A stretch of DNA of 64,000 nucleotides from Macrostomum lignano (taxonomy: Eukaryota). Of this stretch, positions 43,574 to 57,292 are shown in pieces; within the stretch, counting starts at the first letter, position 1; each line of letters starts with the position of its first letter. The notes under the pieces are model-generated. The model did no database searches. It saw only the letters and a list, made by a program, of their open reading frames with translations, and had not been told where the DNA came from. The DNA lies in contig NIVC01000860.1 of the NCBI GenBank assembly GCA_002269645.1, positions 124,001-188,000 of the forward strand, written 5' to 3'. A program made the position numbers and the translations under genes.

Positions 43574-46500
43574 TCACTTCGCCTTCTTTCCTTTCTTCTT
43601 TCCCTTTCGCTTGCCCTTCTGCTTTCCCTTGCCCTTGCCGGCCTGGCCTTTGCCAGCTTTGCCGGAACCGCCTCCGCCGCCTCCGCCGCCCAGCTGGGCC
43701 GCCTCCGCCTCTGCCGCCATCGCCTTGGCCCGCCGGCGTCCCATCGGGGTTCGCTCGTACCAACGCTTGAAGGCCTCCTCTTCGTCCGAGTGCACGAACT
43801 CTCGCCTGCAAGGAGGGGAGGGGGGGGGTTGCCATGCAGTTTATAGTCGTTTGAATACAATGCAACATTGCGTATTGCCGATACTTTCCACGTAGATATA
43901 GCGTAGAATTAGAATTAGCATTCTAAGTCCAACCAGTCCAGATTTATGAGTATTTAAAGTTTAGTTGCAATGCCAAACATGCAAGGACCACTGGACCATG
44001 CAGCAGTCCTTGGCCTCACATTTGTCTCAGCCAGTTGGAGTCCACTGAACAAAGTAAGGGTAGCCCGATGCCATGGCCCTGCTCACCTGGCGATGGCCGG
44101 GATGAACTCCTGGGTGGTCAGCGGCCGATGCTGCAGCGCGGCCAGCCGCCTAGGTGTAAGAACCTCCTCGCAGCACAGCTTGATGTGCCCGATGGTGTTG
44201 CCGTCCGTGGCTTTTGCCAGGGCGCTGATGTCCAGCAGCTGCCCGCCGGGGCCTCCATGACGAGCCAGAGCTCTGCGCCAAACCACTGCGAAGGAATTTT
44301 AAAGATTGATAAAACGAATAAATCAATTTGTGCCATCTTTAAGATTTTTAGACACATCAAATGTACGCAAGATACAAAATAATAGAATCATCTACTCGTA
44401 TCTACATATAAAAATGAAAACTGTGTGTGTGTGCGTGTACAAATTACTTCGCTATGGACTCCCAAACCGCTCAACCAAATTACACCAAATTTTGCACCCA
44501 CCCTAAATTCACTACAGAAAGTGTCATAGGCTACCTTAAAATTTCCTATACTCAAGTTTTCCTACCTAAAAGTGCAAAAAACTGCTCAAAATGCGCGATT
44601 TGTTTTCACTAAATCCTCCATAGCGCCGCTCCACTTTTATTAATTGTCTTCAAATTTGACACAATAAATTTTCAACTATTTTGACACAATCGTGTAAAAT
44701 TTTGAGTCTTAAAGTTAATCCTGAACAGCGCTGTGCACTTTTAAATTTAGTCTGCTTTTTGTCAGCGTATCAACCACCCGACCCCTGCTTGATACGAGAC
44801 TCGCCCTTGGTAAATAAGCTGCCCAGACTCGCTCCAATCTTAATTAAAGCCAGTTCCGTAGACTTCGGGTTTTTCCGCTCTCGGACCTCTTTCCAAAAAT
44901 GTTCTAAAATCTAGAATCCAATCGTAAAGCTTTTTCCGTAGACTAGGGGACTCTAGATCTTGTCGGCTGGGGTCTCCCTCAGAAGTTTCACACAGACAAG
45001 CCAACCGCAGATAGCCATAGACAACAGAATTTACTTTGGTTTCAAGTGCAAGCAATTTGGGCCAAGACCGACCCAAATGTGCATAAATTTCCCTCCTTTG
45101 GAATTCGTTTACTCGTACCGCATCAATTGCCATTTTTATAAACCCTCAAAGCGGATTGTAGAACCGCCGTTACAACATGGATAAATTGTCGGGCTTACAG
45201 CAGCTGCTTTGTCTTTACAGAATTGAGAGTTTGAAAAGGAATGTCACAATTTGAGAACATGATAGATGCTCAGATACATACGAGTAGAGAAGTTTGTGGT
45301 TAGAATTTTTCTGCATCCTGACTAAAGAAGGCAGGATCCGCGTAGAGCATGACAGGTCCTATTATTATTTAGGATTTTCCGACAAGATTAACCAGCTAGC
45401 TATAAGATCAGCACTAACTCTAAATTAGAACAGAAAATTGCTACTTCTCCGGCTGTCATTTCGGAGAATCGATGACCGATCGCGGGTGCACACAATTCAT
45501 CGCGTTTTTTACTCACAATGTCTGGACGCGTAGTCCGGTCTGGGGATTAGCAGGATGCGCTGGTAGAGAGCGCAGAACGGCTTCTGTTCCGCCTCCCAGG
45601 GAGTTCGAGACGTCCCTATTAGAAGAATTCGATCTTCGGCCTTGATGTTTTTCATTGCCTTGGGCAGCTCCTTCTTCAGGCGCTTCGGGTCCGGCTGGCG
45701 GGTGAAAGTGTAAGGAATGTAATCAGTGAGGGAATGTAATCAGTGAGGGAATGTAATCAGTGAGGGAATGTAATGTGTAAGGTAATGTAATGTGTGAGGG
45801 AATGTAATCAGTGAGGAAATGTAATCGGTGAGGGAATGTAATCAGTTAGGGAATGTAATCAGTGAGGGAATGTAATCAGTGAGGGAAGGTAATGTGTGGG
45901 GGAATGCAATTAATGAGTGAATGTAATCAGTGAGGGTGTAATGTGTGAGGGAATGTAATGTGTGAGGGAATGTAATCAGTGAGGGAATGTAATGTGTGAG
46001 GGAATGTAATCAGTGAGGGAATGTAATGTGTGAGGGAATGTAATCAGTGAGGGTATGTAAAATCAGATAATGTAAATTGAACAGAATATAAACTGTAAGG
46101 AAAATACATAGCGGGGAATAATGAAGATTACTACTACATGAAACATCAGATTTGCTGCCGATAAAAGAAGAGAAAAATGTTGCAGACAGCGTGGTTACCG
46201 CTTCAGAGAAGAGAGCCGACCCAGATCTTCTTTCCGAAGTTCGTCGGTACTGCGGCGATAGGGAGGAGTTTCTTAGACATATCGCAGCAGGACAAATGCT
46301 TCATTGCTGGCCTGCCAGACACCGCAAGTTAAGCTAAATAAGAAGGCTGCTGCCATGACACTCACCGCTTCTCCCTTAGGTGCCTTCTTACGGAACATCA
46401 TGTCGCAGTCTTCGATGAACAGCACACTCGGCTGAAGCGCCTTGCCGACCTTCACGAGAAGTTTGGAGGGACCAATTTGTAGCGAGACTTTAGTCAAGTC

Positions 46501-49500
46501 TGTAGCGGCACAGGTGACTGAGAAGCATCATAATTGAGCAATTAGTAATTTTGTGGGGAGGGTGGTTGTAGTCTAGTGGTTAGAGCGTCTGACTCACAAC
46601 TGGGAGGCCGGGGGTTCGATTCCGATACTACTGGAGCAATTTGTGTCCTTGAGAAAGACACTTAACTCTGAATTTCTTCAGCTCACCCAGCTGTAAAATG
46701 GGTGCCAGCATTAGCTGGGGTGATTGAGGGTGCGTATGGCGACCCCCCAGTCCTTGGACTGAACAGCCGTACGCAGCCTTCAGATGCGCCGCGCAATAGC
46801 TGCGGCTGAGCTGTCGGTCGCACATCAGAACTGCCCAAGACATCTACTTTAGCTCCTATCCTTGGGCTCCTTGAGGTCTCTTGTCGGTTTTTCCCATTAA
46901 TTTACCTCGAGCTCCGTTCGGAACATTTTGAAGCAAGTTACCAGTCTCCAATCAAAGACACCAGCCACAACCTGTACACCCTGTGGGAGCGTGTGTACGA
47001 GTGCGCGCCTGCGTACAGTATTTGCGCGCTTGCATGTGCTCAGGAGTCAACGGAATGAGCAGAATCGCCTCAGCACTGATTGCTTCAGAGTCGCACCGCA
47101 ACCCACCTTGAACACCAGGTGCATGAGCCGCCTCAGGCCGTCCTTGCCCGGATACCGCCCGGCCAGATTCTCCGCCGAAAGGTCAATCAGGTTCGCTCCG
47201 GTCTCCGTGCACACCGCGTCAACCAGCATCCGCTTGCCGACACCGCCAGGTCCGGCCAGCAGCAGGCTCTTCACTAGCGGCGCGCTCCGGTGCACCACCT
47301 CGGAGCCGAGTGGCAGGCAGGCCAGTTCCGTGACGGTTCGACGAACGTCGGCCAGTGACGGCATCGGCTCAATGTTGGCCTGCTTAAGCGTGGTGCCCAG
47401 GTAGTTGTACTCGCCCTCGTAGTCGCTGATTAGTACTCGAGGCACCTGTCAGTTTTGTTTGTTGCAGAGGAAGTTGGTGCGACTCCAAACTTGTGACACT
47501 GACGCTTCATGTTCAAATTGACGATTTGACTTTTAAATTTTAGTGAATCACTACTGTAATTGTTGAATTCCTTCTGACAGTTGTGAATCACTTCTGACAT
47601 TTGTGAATCCCTTTTGACAGTTGTGAATAACTACTGAAATTTTTGAATCAGTTTTTGACATTTGTAACTCACTAATCTCAGACAGTTTGGTTTTAATCTA
47701 GTTATTTTATACTATAGTGGAGAAATTTCACTACACATTTGCATCATACTACTTATTTTAGCATGTCAGTAGTTAAAAAAGCACAAAACTGCACCTTTTT
47801 AATAATTCCATTAGAAACGAGCTCCTCGTACAGCGACTCGATGGTTGCTTCCGGCGTCAGGTCCTTCTCTTTCTTGCCCTTGCGGCCCTTTTTGCCTGCA
47901 GATTTCTTGCCTGGGAATTTCGGCGATTTAAAGGGTGTTACAGCGTGTGTTACAGCGCGTGTTGCAGCGTGTGTTACAGCGTGTGATACAGCGTGTGTTA
48001 CAGCGTGTGTTGCAGCGTGTGTTACAGCGTGTGTTACAGCGTGTGTTACAGCGTGTGTTACAGCGTGTGTTACAGCGTGTGTTACAGCGTGTGTTACAGC
48101 GTGTGTTACAGCGTGTGTTACAGCGTGTGTTACAGCGTGTGTTACAGCGTGTGTTACAGCGTGTGTTGCAGCGTGTGTTACAGCGTGTGTTACAGCGTGT
48201 GTTGCAGCGTGTGTTACAGCGTGTGTTACAGCGTGTGTTACAGCGTATGTTACAGCGTGTGTTACAGCGTGTGTTACAGCGTGTGTTACAGCGTGTGTTA
48301 CCGCGTGTGTTACAGCGTGTGTTACAGCGTGTGTTACAGCGTGTGTTACAGCGCGTGTTGCAGCGTGTGTTACAGCGTGTGTTACAGCGTGTGTTACAGC
48401 GCGTGTTGCAGCGTGTGTTACAGCGTGTGTTACAGCGTGTGTTACAGCGGCCCTAATTTCACCATAACTCGAAATCTGACACCTCAGCTGGATGTCGAAC
48501 TCACCCTTCTTAGTCTTCTTCTTTTTCTTCCCCGACTTTTTGATCTTCTTTCTCACTTTCTCTTTGTCGATGGCCATTTTTAGTCCGCGCAGCTCCTGCC
48601 GCATCAGCTCGTCGACCTGGACTCGAACCTCGCGCTCAACTTCGATGCGCTTCTCCTCCTTGATTAGCTCGGGGTCGAAGCGCTGCTGGAAGTTGTCCGT
48701 CTCGTCTCGGTGTCTCCAGATTCCTGAGAAGTCGAAGTTGTTTTTGAGCTTTCTCGCCCCTAACTACTCGCTCACAATGGAGCTTAGAGTAGAGGCTGAG
48801 CACAGCATCCTCATAGATGCAGCATAGTTAAAGCACTGTTGCTGCAGACACGACAGAGCCAAGGACTACTCCAGTAGAAGGATTGGAAGCCTCACTTCTT
48901 GAAAATTTTTAGGAGGCTGGGTTTTTTTCGAAGAAAATACACTACGGAGATAGGAGGTTTCATTCATTTCAGCACAAATATTGTTATTGCTTTCGAAAGC
49001 TCTATGAATATCAATAGAGCAATAAGAAAGGCACAACATATCAAAATATGAACACTGGATCTGCCTCCTATCAAAAGCAATAACAGTTTTTGTGCTGAAA
49101 AAATGCAAAGCTCCTATCTCCGTAGCGTATATACGAGTATTTCGGTAAAACCTGCCTCCAAGTATTTCTACTTGAGTAGTCCTTGGACAGAGCGTGGCAT
49201 ACACTTTCAATGCACTTTTAGTTTAAGTATTTGACCACATTAGTTAGCTGCTGAGCGCTCACGTTCGTACTCCTGAGAAGCCTTGCCAATGTCCGCGGTG
49301 AACTTTGACTCTTTAAGCTTCAATCCTTCGTCGCCATCCTGAAGTCAGGCAAAAGAAAGTTTTCCATTCGAAGAATTCTTTGACAGCGGCGTCAATTGAC
49401 ATACAATACTCATTTATATGGGAAGTTTATGGTTTACAATCGGTCAAACAGTGCATTTAAAACCGGGCTGCACACCTGTCCCAAAGATACTAGAATAACT

Positions 49501-52500
49501 AGATGGGCCACTCAGCACATTTGCGTGTAAACTACTTTCAGTTCAGTAGTAAGTTAAACAGAAGCATTTTAATGTATTTTTAAAGCCAAGGCTCATTTAT
49601 TGGCTCTTCCCCCAAGCCTAAACCCTCCAACCGCGCCTTTCCACACTACCCACCGCCCCAGTGGCGCATCAAGTGACGTCATACGATGGAGATTTCAAGT
49701 GACGTCATGTAATGGCGATATATAGCGATACCATTCATAGCAAGTGACGTCATTCCATAGCAATATGAAGTTACGTCATGCCATAGTGGTGTTAAGTGAT
49801 TTCATGCGACAGCAGTAACTAACGACGTTATTTTTGGTAATATAGTGCTTAAAAGCAACTTAGCGAATAAAGTTAAGCAATAAAGTATTTAAGTGAGAGT
49901 TTTTTAAACAAAAACTTCACCGGTGTTAAGAGCAGTTAAAACAGATTCTCTCACGTCGTCTCCTTTGCCTCGCTTCCCGCCCTTGGCCGCTCCGCCGCTT
50001 TTCTTCGCGCCTTTGCCGCCGCCTTTCCTGGCGCCTTCGCGGCCTCCGCCACTGCCGACGGAAGCTTCGCCCAACCTGCTCTCTTTGTTGTCGTCCTGGA
50101 TTTGTTAAAATGAAATATGAGCCGCGTGTTAATTAGGTCACTACAACTATTGATATTCGCAGTTCATTGACTGAGAACGACAAGATTCACAGCAAACTTT
50201 GGCTTTCACATTTAGTAGTCCTAAGTTGACTTGAAGCCACATTTTTATCCTCAATATCCCACGGGACTTATTTAAAACAAACCTTCTTGTTGATCTCATT
50301 TTCCAGGTCAGCCAGGGATTTCTGCTTGAACAGCTCGGCGCTTCCTTGCTCCCCTTCCGGGTAGTCGGGAAATTTCCCCGTAGCGTCTCGGCACTCGATG
50401 AACCACTGGCGAATCTGGGCCTGCATCGTCTCCTGCATGTCGGGGCCCTCCGTCTCCATTAGCTGGTTGCGGATGCTGACCAGAGCCTGTTCGAATTCCT
50501 GCCGATGAGCCGCTTGAGTCGCTCGCCTCTCCTCCTGCGCCTTCGCGTGAGCAACTTGAGCTGCGGACTTCTGGCTGGTGAGGAACTGCGCTGGCGGAGT
50601 CTGAGGAGGGGCGGTGGCTGCTGCTCAAGTGGGTCTGCTACTAAAAGTCTCCTGGGAGTGATCGAACTGTGAAACATGATCAAGCTGAGACACTTCAGAG
50701 TTGATCAAACTCTTCTGAATTGATGAAACTGAGACACTCTGATCAAACTCTTCTGAATTGATCAAACTGAGACACTCTGATCAAACTCTTCTGAATTGAT
50801 CAAACTGAGACACTCTGACCAAACTCTTCTGAATTGATCAAACTGAGACACTCTGATCAAACTCTTCTGAATTGATCAAACTGAGACACTCTGACCAAAC
50901 TCTTCTGAATTGATCAAACTGAGACACTCTGACCAAACTCTTCTGAATTGATCAAACTGAGACACTCTGACCAAACTCTTCTGAATTGATCAAACTGAGA
51001 CACTCTGACCAAACTCTTCTGAATTGATCAAACCGAGGCACTCTGATCAAACTCTTCTGAATTGATCAGACTGAGGCACTCTGATCAAACCTTTCTGAAT
51101 TGATCAAACTGAGACACTCTGACCAAACTCTTCTGAATTGATCAGACTGAGGCACTTCAGAGTTGATCAAACTCTTCTGAATTGATCAAACTGAGGTGCT
51201 CTGATCAAACTCTTCTGAACTTATTTATAGCAAATCGTCAAATATAATTAAATAAATTATGGTGATCACTTGCCTAAAACAGGCACATTATTATCCATCA
51301 TAGAAATATGCTTCCGTGCAAATCAGTGATCAGTGATTTTTGCGGTAAGTATCAATTGTAAAGTAGAGAAAAAACTTCTGACTCAGTGAACGCATTGAGG
51401 CAGTTCAGCTCTCAATAAAAGCAATTGACTCAAGATAAAGTTACGCTCGAAACTACAGTGAACCGTGACAATTATTTTGAATTTGAAGTAAAAAGTGAAG
51501 CTTCATTTCCCGTTTTTATTGAATTATTGTCGCATTAAAAACAAGCAAATGTGCTCAGTAAAACAACAGCGAGAACTTTAAAATAGTATAAAAAGTATAG
51601 CTACCATGCCAACAAAGGTCATTTCTTCTTCGCATTCTCGTTGAGAAAATTTCCTGGTGCAGAAACCTTTCCAGTACTGCAGTAGCGGACAGATTGCACA
51701 ATTGACGATTGGTTGAAAGATGCAGAATAATTTTTTATAAAAAAGTTCAAATAAAAATTAAATCTCAAATCTGGTAAATAAACGTTAGTAAGTTAGTGCC
51801 AAAAGGGCCTTAAAATTGTTTGAACCGACTGGCTTAAATGCTTTTGATTAGGCCGAAATTTAGGCCCAAAAATGCTAGTTTCGGTCCAATCCGAATGCAC
51901 CTTCTGAATTCGCACGGCCGCGTCGTGCTCGGAGATCTCCGGCGCCTCCCTGGCCGCTCGCATCCTGGACTTCAATTCTCTCAGTCGAATTTCTCGCATA
52001 AATTTGGCCCTCAACCGGCCTTGCCGGGCACGCTCGTGCACCCTGATGAGGCGTACAGCCTCTTCCACTGTCATTCCGGACTCTGAAGACAGCTTAGCGG
52101 GATCGCTCTGGCCGATTCTTTCTAGAACGCGGGCCATCAGGTCCTGGCGGGAGCGAAGCGTTTTCTCCTGCTCCAGGACGAAGTACTTTGGGATCGGCAT
52201 CTCTACGTCGTTCTGCGAGGTAGTTGTTTGGTAAATTTGAGCATTTAATAAGGAGTTAAGTTGAGGTGTGAAAGAGCTAGGCTTGTCGAGGGGAGTGAGA
52301 GACTATACATTGGGGTTAGAGAGACTGCATATTGGGCTTTGAAAGAATGTACAATGGGGTTAGAGAGACTCTACATTAGGGCTAGAGAGACTGTACATTG
52401 GGGTTAGAGAGACTGTACATTAGGGTTAGAGAGACTGTACATATGGGTTAGAGAGACTGTACATCGGGGTTAGAGAGACTGAACAGTGGGGTTAGAGACA

Positions 52501-53724
52501 CTGTACATTAGGGCTAGAAAGACTGTACATAGGGGTTAGAGAGACTGAACATTAGGGTTAGAAAGATTGTACATATGGGTTAGAGAGACTGTACATCGGG
52601 GTTAGAGAGACTGAACATTGGGGTTCGAGAGACTGTACATTGAGATTAGAGAGACTGAACATTGGGGTCAGAGAGACTGAACATTGGGGTTAGAGAGACT
52701 GTACATTGGGGTTAAATAGACTGTACATTTGGGTTAGAGAGGGGCTAGGTCAAAGTGGAAAGTTTCTGCAGATTTTTTTCAAGGCCAATTAGTGAACACA
52801 CAAATCTTACTGGTGTGAGCTTCAAATCCGATAGAATGTCGTCAAAAAAGTGGTACTCCAAGCATTCGAGGTCCACCATTTCCTGTTTGAGCTCCAGAAG
52901 CCGACCAAGGACTCCATCCAGAACATTTCTTAGAACGATTCGCTTTTGCGGATGGACAATCTGGTCGTAGCACGTCTCCAGCTTGCGCAAGATCTGAATG
53001 TACTTTATGTACATGGATGCTATCAGCTGAAAGAAGGCTACCTTGTCCTGAAAGTTATATTGAATTGCATTAAATTTATCTGGATCGTATGAAAATTTGA
53101 CAGTTGTTTTACTTTAATTAAGAGTTAACCTTTTCTGGCTTCTGATTTGTTGATGGCTTCTCACTCTCGAGAAGATCCACCAACCCATTCTGAGCTTCCT
53201 GCCATTCTCTGTTGTAGGTTCTGTAACAGTGTCAGTAGAAAATTTTAAATCAGTACGCTCGTATCTTTAAAAATGCAATTTAATGTGGTAAAAAATAACT
53301 GGCATAAACAATAAATCAAAACAAAAAAATCTTTACATGTTTGCAACAGAATAATAATTTATTATCATGCTCAGAAAATAAGAAATTTCGACACTTTACT
53401 AAATTAAACTTATTTAAATACCAGGAAAATATGTGGTAGTTGGTAAATACTTGACTGATATAAATTAAATGCATATTTTATAAGTGCAATAAATAACTTG
53501 AGAAATCAAAATTTACTACTGTAAAAAATATTAATTCAAGAAAATTATTGATATTTTTATCCAAAAAATTACTGACTTTTTTATCAAATAGGCCAAAAGA
53601 AAAAAATTCCCAGCCCAGCGCATATATTTTGAATAATTGTAAATCACAATAAAAATAAAATAATTAATAGAAGTATAGTTTAAAGCTATTTGCCATTAAA
53701 CAGCAAAACTTACATGTGAGACAT
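43574..53724 (-). CDS. IQCA1: IQ motif and AAA domain protein (dynein regulatory complex subunit 11); 15 exons: 53714-53724, 53130-53220, 52811-53047, 51901-52212, 51605-51676, 50283-50600, 49955-50095, 49263-49338, 48505-48723, 47795-47895, 47107-47445, 46366-46449, 45517-45694, 44087-44285, 43574-43805
   Basis: All introns are GT-AG with compatible phases; 2610 nt = 869 aa + stop. [22 protein letters not shown] motif [29 protein letters not shown] and Walker A GPGGVGK match IQCA1/DRC11. Confidence 0.93.
44395..44640 (+). mobile_element. Probable 5' end of a non-autonomous Helitron-like element
   Basis: TC-TACATATAAAAATGAAAAC(TG)n...AAACCGCTCAACCAAATT...AAATTTTG pattern typical of such elements; the 3' hairpin/CTAG was not confidently located. 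Confidence 0.35.
45715..46075. repeat. 17-bp minisatellite (GAGGGAATGTAATCAGT) in an IQCA1 intron
   Basis: Directly visible. Confidence 0.9.
46556..46850 (+). mobile_element. tRNA-derived SINE (family A) with a CORE/MIR-like central domain
   Basis: A box TAGTCTAGTGG (46569), B box GGTTCGATTCC (46613), then GTGTCCTTGAGAAAGACACTTAAC...CTGTAAAATGGG. Confidence 0.8.
47935..48450. repeat. 12-bp minisatellite (CAGCGTGTGTTA) in an IQCA1 intron
   Basis: Directly visible. Confidence 0.95.
50690..51220. repeat. 38-bp minisatellite (CTGATCAAACTCTTCTGAATTGATCAAACTGAGACACT) in an IQCA1 intron
   Basis: Directly visible. Confidence 0.92.
52300..52740. repeat. 22-bp minisatellite (GAGAGACTGTACATTGGGGTTA) in an IQCA1 intron
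   Basis: Directly visible. Confidence 0.92.
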
Positions 53725-55454
53725 GCGGATGGAGACAATATTCTGTACGCTTCGTCGTCGTCAATTCAAAACAATTAATAGATAAATGGGAAATCAAATC
53801 CAATTTAACGATTGGTTTATCGCGGACCCGACAATAAACTATACAAGTATCCTATTTTGAAAATTCACATGCATCACTATTTATTTACCTAGATACGTTT
53901 AGTAAAGTTTGACAAGTAATTTTTTACTAACTGGAAATAAAAAGAAAACATTTTAATAATGCTAAACTTATACTTTTTTCAAAATTATTGTTGTAAATAT
54001 ACATCAAGAAAAAACTTTTTGTTTTATTGCATACATAAAAGTATATTCATGCGCAATTTTAGGGGAATCATAGGCGAATGACAAAGACAGAACTTAGAGG
54101 ACAGTGAGCACAAAGCAACGAGCAGTGGAGCAACCCCTGGCTTGTACGACGAATTTTTTTGAAATTAGGTAGTTAGACACGAGAACCTCAGAAAGTACGA
54201 GCTAGAATACATCATTTAAAAAATTGAGCTGCTGGTGTGCAACACCGCAAACAGACAAAGCACAAGTTTGAAGGGGGGGTAAATAGCTAGCAGGCTTGGC
54301 CGTCTCATTTTTTCAGAAAATTTACATGTAACACAGTTGTACTTGTACAGCTTTTTGCTGCATACAGTACGTACGTACGTAAACTACATGTACGTAGTAG
54401 ACCTTGAATTCTGTAAAGCTTTCGCTGCATGGTCTCACTACTTTTTCAAGCGTTTTTATGGATTGTTGTCCGGGGGTACATACGGCTGCTCCGTTTTATT
54501 GTAATAAAACACTCAATTGCAATCAAAAACAGAAGATGCCATTATGCAAACTGTACAATTTTGCAGAAGCTCGCAAATTAAAAAAAATGTAAAATAGCTA
54601 GAAGATTTAGCAGATTTTTATTTTCACATCAAGCGCACCTTCTGCAAAAATCGTTAATAGCAAATACAAAAGCTATAATTTTCTGTCATTATCTCACACT
54701 TGAACAAAAGTAACTAATATAGTACGTGCTGACTGTCAGCCAGTTGAGATTGGCAAGAGCAGCCCCTGGTCAGTTAGAACGAGTTTCCTTCTCAGCGCAG
54801 CATCGCCTTTTTAAGAGCCTCAAATAAGTGTTCCTGACGTGAGTACCTTTTATAGGCAAACATCGCTTGAGACTCTTTGTCTGTAGATAAAATTTCATTC
54901 TCTTCTGTGCAGAAGATTTCCAAATGGACTCGGGAGAAGAGAGGTGCATTCCACTAGCCATTATCTAACTTCTGTTGGAGCAGAAGATATATGCTTGCTT
55001 GAGCTCTCCTGCCCCCCCCCCACCCTGCCACTCACTTTAGCCAGAGTTTTGTCTCGCCCAAGAGCGTTCTTCCAACGTCTCTTGACTACATGTAGTTTGC
55101 ACGCAAGAATCGTCGTCTACACAACTGTACGCACGAGACAAGAGTGCCTATGGCCACACAAGCGAGCACTCAGTTATAGTGTCGGAGTTTTATACCGCAT
55201 TTGCGCCATGCAATCTGGTCCTGCAAGCAATGCACATTCGATTCGCCACCGTACATTTGCGAGTGCATTCGTACAATAAAACGAAAAACAAAAGGCGACG
55301 CGAATTGGCAGGCGACGGTAACGCATCAAAAAAATTTTTTCCACCTTCCTGAGCAAAGTAAATAAGTTTCTCTAAAACAGCTCTGCTTTCTTCTGGTGCA
55401 AAGTTGAGGAGGATCTTCCAAACACGATTGAACTACGGTCATTGGTAGCTACTA

Positions 55455-57292
55455 ATGGCGACTGGGGCTAATCGTCCTACCGGACAGGTGAAAGCCCAGC
55501 TATCGCCCAGCGACAGCGCATTCAGCAGCATTGAAAGCCTAGCTGAGATGGCCATCTGCCCGGTGCACTGCGGTCGGCTAAGCTGTCCGAAGCTACTGCC
55601 CTGCGGCCACGTGTTCTGCCTGTCATGCCTGGACAAGTGGTCGCAGAGGCAGAGCGCCGGTCACACGATCGAGTGTCCGATGTGCCGTCGGACAGTGGCC
55701 CGACCGCAGGCCGGCGCTGCAGGCCTGCCGACCGCTCGCGCTCATCAGGCCATCCTGGACTATCTGGTGAGCCACGCCGCGCTGCACCAGCAGTCGCTGT
55801 CGCGCAAGCCTCAAACGACGCAGACGCAGCAGAACATTAATAAGCGAAAGCGAAGTCTGGAGATGCGGCAGGACTTGATGACGCAGCTCAGTGAGGACTT
55901 TCTACGCTTATCAGAAGAGGCTGGACCAGAAAGCGCGCCGGCATTTGATTTCGCTGAGCTAGCCAACGTCCGAGACAACATTAACCGGCTACTTCGCCGG
56001 CTGGAAGAGACTCACAGTTGTGAAACTGTTGTTACTGAGGAAATTGAAAGCGACATTGACAGTGAGAGCGCCGATGAAGAGAACGAAGATGAGGAAGAGG
56101 ACGCCGCAGGGGCGCCAACAGCCGAAACAGCAGCAGCAGCGGACACTTTCTCGGCCACTCAGCGGGAGATGCACCGGCTAAGCCGATACCGAATGCGCGA
56201 GATGTCCTTGGCAAATCCCGCCGAGCTGGTAGCCGAAGGATTCGCCTGTGCAGGTCAAATTCGTCAGGAGCCCAACGGTCGAGGTCGTCGAGCGGCTCCG
56301 CTGGTTGTCCTGCTCACAGAGGCGTCGCGACAGTTGCTTGTAGCTCGTCGGCCAGACAGCCGAGGTCGGATAATGCCGCTTCCATTGAACATCGATTGGC
56401 AAATGAGGGACTCAACGGCCTGGAATCCGAGACAGATTCGATTAGTCAGCATGCAGGTGACCAGAGGTGCAATTTACCTTTCTGGCTGGAGTGGCTGCAG
56501 GTGAGAATGCTGAAAACAATACGGGGTCTTTCTGCAATAGCTTTGGCGCTCGAGCCGAGTCAAACAAAATGGCGCATCCCCAAAATGCCCCTTCAATGTA
56601 AAATTCTGACATTGCCCCTGTGGGATTAACTTCTTACACATCCTCTTTTTTTCAGATGTTTTCTGGCTATCGTCAATCCTGAGACAGGCGACGTTCTGCG
56701 CTGTTACGCCCGCGACGAGCCAACCGAAACGGCCGCCGCGGAAAGCTTCGGCGGCTTTCACGTTGAGCCGGCGGAGGCCGGAGGCGGCGTTGTAGCAGCT
56801 CAGCCCGGCAAACGGCGCGTGGAATTTTTTGGCGACGACCTGCAACCCACCGGGCACTGGCTGGTGTTCGACCGGCTCAAGCCGCGCTTCGTAGCCTGGG
56901 CCAGACAGGCAGGCACCCTGTGGGTGTCCTGCCCAGATGAGTGCCTTGTCCTGGCGGTCAACGACAGAACCGGCGTGTTCAGGAAGCTGTCCACGGGAGA
57001 CATCTTTCAGTCACCACCGAGTCAACTCGTCGCCGCCGCGGCCTCGAACGGCGAGTGTCGCGTTGTCTTGACTGACTCTGAGCAGGGCCGGCTGTTCTGG
57101 ATACGCAAGCGTCGCAAGTACATCTTCCTGCAGAGGCTGCAGCTGTCCAGAGACCTGCCGACGATCACTGGCTTGTCGGCTGCTGAAGACGGCCGGCTGC
57201 TGGTCACCGCCCGGGATCGAGTGTTCTGCATGAAGCCGAGCAGATCCGCCACCGCCTCGCGGCAGAGGAATCTTCGATGCGAGCTGCTCTGA
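55455..57292 (+). CDS. RING-finger (C3HC4) protein with coiled coil, acidic linker and NHL/beta-propeller-like C-terminus; exons 55455-56500 and 56656-57292 (560 aa)
   Basis: CPVHC...LPCGHVFCLSC...CPMCR; the GTGAGA...TTTTTTTCAG intron joins the two ORFs in frame; C-terminal repeats such as GRLFW and GRLLVT. Confidence 0.8.

Noticed and set aside
41763-46630. tRNA genes at 41763 and 46560
   Set aside because: A and B boxes are present, but there is no complete cloverleaf or CCA-proximal stem, and they continue into multi-copy SINE bodies.
50600-50670. Apparent frameshift in IQCA1 exon 6
   Set aside because: Using the CCCCTCCTCAG acceptor (exon start 50600) keeps the frame, so no lesion is needed.
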